From Anolis carolinensis (lineage: Eukaryota), in contig NC_085846.1 in the NCBI RefSeq assembly GCF_035594765.1, positions 68,187,190 to 68,251,189 of the forward strand: a stretch of DNA of 64,000 nucleotides, given 5' to 3'. This document shows positions 53,601 through 62,600 of this stretch, piece after piece (positions within the stretch are counted from its first letter, which is position 1; each line of letters starts with the position of its first letter). The notes under the pieces are model-generated. The model did no database searches. It saw only the letters and a list, made by a program, of their open reading frames with translations, and had not been told where the DNA came from. The position numbers and the translations under genes were made by a program.

Positions 53601-56600
53601 ACTTAAATACTCACCATTTTAAACTTAGCCAAACCTGACTGTTTAAACAAAATTAAATACACATTTCATCTATATACAAAATATAATTATACACTTCTTT
53701 ACACACCTCCCAACCCATAAAGATTATTTTTGACTTTTCTACATCCTAGAATGGTCAAAAATAATAATGTGGATTGTAATTAAAAATATACAACAATACA
53801 TATTAATACACTCTTAACATATAATATCAACACATTATCATGCAACATATATAAACACAAACCTTTATTGTTGCAACCTCTAATATGTCCTGGAAAGTGA
53901 ATCCGCTACAATGTTGTTTTTACCTTTTACATGTTTTATCTCAAAGGGGTATAAATGGTCATACTTATTTAACAATTTCTTAACTTGTTTCTGTTGACTC
54001 TGGGACAATCCCTCGTCAACTTTTACTTGCTCGCTGCTCCTATAGGCTTTCCTATTCCCTTCCGAAAAGGGAAAAGTACCTGTTTCCTCCCCCGAAATTA
54101 TCATACATACATTTACAGATCTATTTACATATGGCTTTAACATATTTACATGCACCAGCTTTTCCACATTAGACTGTTCATCATATATAGAATAGTTCAC
54201 GCCACTGTGTCTTTTGATGACTTTCCATGGTCCAGTCCAATCTACTTGGAGCTTGTTGGTCTTGGTTGGTGTAAGATACAGGACCTCATCCCCTATCTCG
54301 AAGCTCTTGCATCTGGCAGTTGAATCGTAGTGGGCTTTCTGTCTTTGCTGGGCTGTCGCTAGATGTTCTTGGGCGGTGTTCCTGGCCATTTCCATTGTTG
54401 ACTGTAGATCTTTGATGTATTTAGTTACTGAAACAGGTTCCGGTCTTGGACTTGCTTCCCAGAATTCTCGAATTAAATCAAGCGGTCCTCGCACTCGCCT
54501 CCCATACAACAATTCAAAGGGGCTATAGCCAGTGCTGTCCTGGGGAACTTCCCTATAGGCAAATAACAATTGCTGGAGCTTGATGTCCCAGTCATGTGGG
54601 TGTTGCTGACTGTAAGACTTAATCATGCGAACCAAGGTCTTATTTAAGTTTTCAACAAGGCCATTGGTTTGTGGATGATAGGCTGATGATGTCAAGTGCC
54701 TTATTCCACACAGTTCCAGCAATCTTTCCATTAATCTAGAAGTGAACTGGGTTCCCAAATCTGATACTAGTTCTTTAGGGTAACCTGTTCTTCCCCATAT
54801 TGAGAGCAGTGCATTGGCTATGGTTGTTGTCTCGATGTTTGTTAGGGCCACTGCCTCAGGATAACGAGTTGCGTAGTCAATCATAGTCAAAATATATCTG
54901 CATCCTCTCCTACTGGGTTTGGGAAGAGGACCGATGATATCTATGCCCACTCTAGAAAAAGGTTCCCCAATTAATGGCATTGGGACTAATGGAGCCTTAA
55001 GTTTATCTCTTCCTGAGCTGATTCTCTGGCATGTGTCACAGGATTGACAAAACCTTTTAATTTGCTGGTACATGCCAGGCCAAAAGAAATTTTTAGTAAT
55101 CCTTTGAGTGGTCCATCTAATTCCTAAATGTCCCCCTTGTGGGCTGTCATGGGCTACCTCCATCAACTGTTCTCTATACTTCTGAGGTACCACAATCTGC
55201 GTATAGGAAGCGGACATCTCTGGGGCTTTTTGATTTAAAACTTCCCTGTACAAAACTCCATTTTTACTAATAAATCTGGTGGGCTTTTCTAAAGTTAAAT
55301 CTCCCTCAGTGTTTTGGGCTTGCTCAAACAAAGGCTGCAATGTGTCATCAGACTTTTGCTCCTTTAGGATTTCTCCTTCCCCTTCAGTCTTATTTACCAA
55401 ATCAGCCATTACAGAACTTGCCTCAGGATTTTCCTCTAAGTTCTGTTGTATAGGTAAACAGATAACTTCTTTATCAGATTTTTCCTCTATACATTCACCC
55501 TCATTAAGAGTCTTTGGTAACTTTTTGACTTCTCTGGCAAGGTCATTACCAATTAGGCATTTATATGGAATATCAGAACTAATAGCAAAGTCCCATACTC
55601 CTTCCCACTTGCCATATTGAACAGGTAAAGAAACCACTTCGCTTGGGATCACGGGACCCAAACCTTTTAAATTAACTTGATAAGTAGGGTGTTGGCATTT
55701 TGATGGTACTAATTCAGGTCTAATGATACAGACTTCTGAACCTGTGTCCCTCCATCCCTGTATTTGGTTTCCATCAATGTTGATGTTTTCCAAATATTCA
55801 TCTGATGTTTGATCTAACAAAACAAACAGACATTGCCTCTCCTTTTGAATTTCCTGAGGTAAATCTTTTTGAACCTTAGCTGGTTCCTTAGTTGCCTCTT
55901 TGGTTGGGACTTTCTTAACATAGAAAGAGGGTTTTTCTTTCTTTAAAAGACCACATTGTGACCTATAATGTCCTGTTTTACCACAGTGAAAGCATCGAAT
56001 ATTTCCCTCCATTTTGGCAGGGTTCATTACACTAGCCATCCTCCAGGTGGTGTTTTCTATGGAAGCTCCTCTCCCTTGCTGTGCGCGCGTGAGGGAAAAA
56101 GATGGCTGTTTAAACTGTTTTTCCTTAAATCCTCCTTCTTCCCTTTTAAAACCTTCCTTCAATGTAATTAGTTGGTCCACCATCCCAGCTGCTTGATTAG
56201 CAGTCTGAGGCTTTCTATCTTGTACCAGCCATCGATAATCTGATGGAACTTGCTGGTATAGCTGCTCTAATTTTATTAAATCCTTCAGCTGCTGGAAGTC
56301 TTTTACCTCAGAATTCCTCAACCAACTCTCAAAATATTGTGCCTGTTTGGCAGCTAGTTGTAGGAAACTTTCATTTTTCTCTCTCCTCAGTGTTCTGAAT
56401 TTTGTTCTATAAAATTCAGGAGTTAGCTGTAACCTTTGTTGTACCAGCTGTTTAAATATGGTGTAATTTCTGCGTTCTTCTTCCACCATTTCGCTATAGA
56501 TCTCCAATAGCTTTCCACAAATCTGTGGCCTGAGGTAAATCATCCAATTTTCCTCAGCTATTTCCAGATCTTTACAACACCATTCAAACGAAATTAAAAA

Positions 56601-59600
56601 CTGCTCCACATCATCCTCCTTGTTGTATTTAGGAAACCTCTTTAAGGCTGAATCAACAGGATTAATGATGGGAGTCCCTGGTTGTGCCTCCCCAGAAGGC
56701 TGAGACAGTGTCAGCTTCTGTTTTTCCCATTCAATCTCCATCCTTCTCATCTCTATCTCTGCCTGTCTCCGTTTCTCTTCTGCTTGTCTCTCTTTATCTT
56801 TTTCGTCTGCTTCTTTCTCCAATTTCATCTTCTCCATCTGTGCCTGTCTCTGTCTTTCTTTCTCCTGTGCTTCTGCCTGTCTCTCTCTCTCTCCTGTGCT
56901 TCTAATTCTAATTTCCTCATCTCTAATTGATATTTCATCATTGCTTCTGACATGGTGGTCTGTTGTTCCGAATCTGAACTCTCTTCCTCTTGGTACACCT
57001 CTACCTCTCCTGCTCCTCTTTTCTGCTTTCTGGTGGCCATTCTTTATAACTTTTACCTCAGAAATTTTAATGAGCGATCTCAGGCACCAAATTAGGGATG
57101 TTATACGTATCCCGCCGCTTGCCGCCAATTTATGTAGAGAGGTGATGGGGTGACAGAGAATGGAATCCTTTCGAATCCCACCGCTGCCACCAATTTATGT
57201 GGAGATCTGATGGTGGCAGGGAATGGAATCCCTTTTAGAATCCCTCAGCTATACCACCAATATGTACAGAGGTGAGGTGTCTGACAGGAAATGTGTGACA
57301 GAGATGGAACCTTTTCGATCCCACACACACACACACAGATACCACCACTTAATAAAGATGTTTTATGAGAGATGATGTTAAATAATTATTTGTTTGACTA
57401 TCTTCTTTTTCGCTGCCACCAATAGAAGAGACGTCAGGCAGATGGTACTGGTTCTTATAAGCTTTCTCTAGTTGTTCCACTTTAGATGTTGATGTTACTT
57501 AACTTAATATAAGATTATGACAGAGGCTTGGTTAGAATAAAAACAAAACAAGTTTATTGCAGGTACAGAGCTTGATGGTTTCATATAACTTAGTAAAGGC
57601 ACTTCGCTTAATGGTTACAAACGGTTATGAGGTGGTCAAACTTTCAAAATACTTCTTTCTCTGGATTACACTAAACCCTGATCCTCCTGGATCCCCTGGG
57701 ATTAATGTTCCCTAATCCACAGACTCTATAACTGACCCTAGACAAATCACCTAACTTGCCTAGTCTGGTCCAACCTAAATCTGACTCAAATCTTTCTATT
57801 TAAGCCAGCCTGATTCTCCACACAAGAATCAGATCCTTCTCTGTGACTAGAAAATCACCAACTGCTTCTGGGTTTTAAAGTATTCCCCCTCTTCCTTTCC
57901 AGGCGGCGGTTGGCTCCGCCCCTGTTGCTATGGTAACCTGTTCTAGCACTCTAAGATGGCTACCTTCCCCCATACATATTGTCAACTTAAATACTCACCA
58001 TTTTAAACTTAGCCAAACCTGACTGTTTAAACAAAATTAAATACACATTTCATCTATATACAAAATATAATTATACACTTCTTTACACAAAGTTTGGGAA
58101 CCACTGCTTTAGACTTTGAGATCCTGAGATTTGTAATTCCCTCTTACCCCAAAAGTGCTTCTCTGGATTTGGAAATTACCCGTTCTCTGACTTTTTTCAG
58201 ACAATCTCTCAGCCCCTAAAGACGGTTTCTATAAGTAAATGAAGGATGAATAGTAAGCAAGGAAAAAGCATTGAAGTGACTCTTGTGCAACTGTGTTGTC
58301 GAAGGCTTTCATGGCCAGGATCACAGGGTTGTTATATGTCTTTCGGGCTGTGTGGCCATGTTCCAGAAGTATTCTCTCCTGACGTTTCGCCCACATCTAT
58401 GGCAGGCATCCTCAGAGGTTGTGAGGCATGGATAAACTAGGCAAGGAAGGCAACTGATTTGCATTTTGGTTGATGATACACTGCTCTGAACTGAAGGGAG
58501 AAGAATACCAGAAAAGAAATGGGGAAAACAACGTTGTGTTGATGTAATAAAAATCAGTGCATGCATACCAGAGTTCTGACCCAGAGATGTGGATAAATAA
58601 AGAGAAAAAAGAAATGAAGAATATAGCAGTCTCAATTGCTAGCATAAGATCAAGAACTGTGCTGAAAATATTTCTTCCATTAAGTTCCTTTGTTTATTTT
58701 TCAAATAACAAGCAGATTGTTTTTTGTTGTTTTACCCTTAAAAAGGTTCTTTGTCATACTTTCTGTGTACACAAAGAATGACACAGATCTGTTACTTTAA
58801 ATAAATATTGACATTAGCAGAATTTATCTCCACTGACCTTCACTTTTGTTATTGTCTTGGTTTTCTAGATTATTTCCATGGTGGACATTTTGAAGTTCAT
58901 TTTAACAATGTTTGTGTGCCTGCCTCCAATTTGATACTTGGTGAGTATTTATTTTCTTGACAAAACCTGGGAAGCTTTGTGAACATCTGTAGGTAGGAGG
59001 AGCTTCGCCAGGTTTATATCTACAGTTCTGTTGGGCAGTTCAGGACTTTGAATTAAACTTCATGCCACATTTAGTGCACAGCTAAATTTCACTAGAGCCA
59101 AGGTGACATAGTAGTTTGAGTATTGGACTACAGCTCTGGACATTAGTGTTCGAATCCCCACTTAGCCATGGGAGCCTACTGGATAAAGATTCCACCTGAA
59201 CATTAGGCAGAACTTCCTAACTGTAAGAGCTGTTCAGCAGTGGAACTCTCTGCCCCCGAGTGGTGGTGGAGGCTCCTTCTTTGGAGGCTTTTAAACAGAG
59301 GCTGGATGGCCATCTGTCGGGGCTGCTTTGAATGCATTTTTCCTGCTTCTTGGCAGGGGGTTGGACTGGATGTCCCATGAACTCTCCTCCAATTCTATGA
59401 TTCTGTTATTCTAAGTCATATTTTCTCAGCCTCAAAATTAGACTTACTGGCACACTTTTCCAAGAAAACCCTGTGACAGCTTCTTCTCTGGTCACCATAA
59501 GTCAGAAACTACTTTAAGGCATACAACAACAAGAGTATTTTAGCTAAACTAGGTACTTTATTTTTGGGTGGGCTATTTTGCATGGGTACGTGGCACAAGC

Positions 59601-62600
59601 TTAAATTTTTCCTTTTCTTTTCTGTGGGTACATGATATAATCTTACCCCTAACCAGGGAATTAAAAAACCATTGACATCAATGGTATTTCATTCTCCTTT
59701 AGGTAAAAAAGCACTGGTAAAAAGGTTTAAGCTTTTCTTTTTCTTTTTTGTCCATAGTAGTCAATATGTAGATTAGGATCTTGTGTACCTACCTGCGATT
59801 CAAATAAAAGTAAAGTTTAATTGTGTATTGAATGTGTTACATCTCAACAACAGCAAATTGTGTAATTCACTTGTTGAGGATCTGAGTGTTATGAAACCAT
59901 TTAAAGAAAAGGCAACACGTTCTGGTGATGGATTTAGATCACTATTGTAGACAGGCAAGCAGTTCAATCTCTGGGACTGGGACATAAGAAATTAGTTTCC
60001 TACAAAATGGTCTATGTGTCTACTGAGGAGTAGCCCAAGTTCAACATAATGTAAATAGTATTGATATAGAGCATTGCATTGTAAATCTTAACCTTTTGGT
60101 CCAACAGACAGAGATGTTAGAGTATATTCCCTCCTCCAAGGCTGATAACATTAATGATGATGGCTGATTTACAAAATTAGTATATGATATGATTTTTGAA
60201 TAATAAGTCAGACTGTAAAGCTGAAGACCATTTTCCCTTCTGTCTCTGAAACAGATTTTTGCAGATAGCTACAGAGAGATATTTGCTACATGTGATTTTG
60301 TGGGACTCTGAGTGCAAAAGATTTCTAGAACTATCTGCAGCAGCCCTTCTCAGGTCTTGCAAACTCGTGGCTCTGGCTTCCTTTACTGAGTCAATTCTTC
60401 TGTAACACGCTCTTCCTCTTTCCATGATCCTTTAACTTTCCCCAGCATTATTGTATTTTCTTCTGAGTCATGTTTTCTAATGATGGGTCCAAAGGAAATG
60501 GTGATTCTCTGATTTTTAAATCAATGTAGCTAATTCAAGATCTGCAGGACTAGTAACTCTACCTTTCAGTGTCATCTTTCAGAAAAATTATGAGTGAAAA
60601 TATGCTTCCACCTCACTACTTATCTGCAGATATCTGCAAAGATTTGAAAAATGCGCACAAAGGTGCTACAGTCTATGGCTGCATTAAGAAAAATATAAAA
60701 AATACATTGTTGTGTGCCTTCAGGTTGTTTCTAACGTATGGCAAATCTATCATGAGTTTCTTGGCATGTGTTGTTCCGGTGAATTTTCCTATTGCCTTCT
60801 TTGAAGCCTCAGAGATTGAGATTTGTACAAGGTTGCCCAGTAGGCTTTCATGTCTGAATAGGGAATTGAATCTTGGTCTCCAGAACCATAGTCCAACATT
60901 CAAACCATTGCACTATGGCAGCTTTCAAAAACCTACAATGCATATACAGGCAGTCCCTGAGTTACAAACATCTGACTTACAAATGACGCATAGTTACGAA
61001 TAGGGATGAGAAAACAGGAAGTGAGAGAAATGTATTTATTTATATATTTACAACATTTATACCCCGCCCTTCTCACCTGAGGGGACTCAGGGCGGCTTAC
61101 AAAAATTGGCAAAATTTAATGCCCAAAATGCAATCATAAAAGCAAAACAATATAAACAAATCCATTAATAACATTGTTAAAACACATTATAAAAACCTTA
61201 AAACGTATATATAATTATCTATCCCTAGAAATCTATCCCTAGGAAGGGAAACTCATGCCTGAAAGAGTTATCATGGGGAAACCATCTCCACTGAAGTTTT
61301 ATCACCAATCCTTGTTTTTGCAACAAGCCAAATTTTTCAAAATCCCATTCTCACAGGGACAGAAAGTGCAATGAAATCTTCTGAATAGGGGTATAGACAG
61401 CAAAACAAACATCACAGAGGTTTAGCCCTTCCCTATGCTATCCAAAGCTTTAAAAGATATATTTTTGGCTGGAGTCACACTTAAAAATTGTATCTGTTCG
61501 GACCTGGATTCAAATTCAGCCTAAGAACGAACCTACAGAACCGACCTTGTTAATAACTTGGGGACTGGATTTATTAGGAAAATTACATCCAAATTTCACC
61601 CATCCAAATACCATATTGGATTGGGGCAGCTGATGGGTTGCTTCTGTACAATCCGATATGGTACTTGGAGATCTGAATGCTAAGAAATGCAATCAAAATC
61701 AAACAGAATTCATTTGGTAATTAAAATATATCCATGGATCTCAGCAAAATCAATACAAACAAACATAAAACTGTTCCTGCTTAGTGAAATCCCCAGTTTT
61801 GTGCCAGCCATCTAAGGATGTCAGTTGCCATAAGGTAGATGATGCCCCAGAAAGGCAAATGTCACAACTGAAAGTCATTTCTTTGATTTTTTGTTACACA
61901 GGAGAAGGAAGAGGGTTTGAAATTGCTCAGGGAAGACTTGGGCCAGGCCGCATCCACCATTGTATGAGGTCAATAGGGGCAGCTGAAATTGCGCTGAAGA
62001 TCCTGTGTGAACGTGCAGCCCAGAGGGTGACATTTGGGAAGAAACTGTACCATCATGTGAGTCCATAGTCTGTTGTCAATTTCTATGCCCTTAAGGCCCG
62101 ATTCAGGAAGAAAGAAGAATTTCTTGTTTTGTGCTTTTGAGAGATGGTAAACATTCAGTAATGCTATTTATCTCTGTTTTGGGGGTGAGGAGAGTATGGC
62201 TCCTCACCAGGAGATTTTTTTGCGCCCCCCGTCATGCCATAGCCCTCTAGAGCCTTATTCCAATTTCTCGGTGCCAAAATTGCTCCAAAAGTGTTTCAAA
62301 AGTGTTGAAAATATTGGACCACTGGTCGTGGAGCCCCAGAAGAGCTGCAGTTTGTACTCTGATATCCCTTCCATTCTCTTTTTGGTATTTTTAGCAGTTG
62401 TACAAGGGTTTACACATTAATATATGGACCTGATTTTTTTCAAAGCTGGTTTCTGATTCCTTTTTAGATTCATGACTATGTTTCTACAGCAGGGTGATTA
62501 CCATTTTCTTTTTCCTTTCTTTTCTGTTTATGTTCCTAAAGGAAGTTGTGGCTCACTGGATTGCTGAATGCCGCATTGCTATTGAACAGGCAAGACTACT

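Larger units (their letters stand above)
52759..58089 (-). mobile_element. Gmr1-like Ty3/Gypsy LTR retrotransposon, non-autonomous (gag-PR-IN, RT/RNase H deleted)
   Basis: Two 947-bp direct repeats with TG...CA ends. Internal ORF has a SCAN-like capsid, CCHC, DTG protease and HHCC/DDE/GPW integrase. Purine-rich tract GGGTTGGGAGG before the 3' LTR; tRNA-Leu PBS-like motifs. Confidence 0.93.
52245..58106. mobile_element. hAT-type MITE interrupted by the LTR element
   Basis: Termini CAGTCATTCCCAACCT ... AGTTTGGGAACCACTG; identical 8-bp TSD CTTTAGAC at 52237-52244 and 58107-58114. Confidence 0.85.

Noticed and set aside
56894-57128. N-terminal ~78 aa of the 1082-aa ORF (MAASGGIR...)
   Set aside because: It starts at a TTG overlapping the PBS-like site and does not look like gag; the ATG at 57040 in another frame is the better start.
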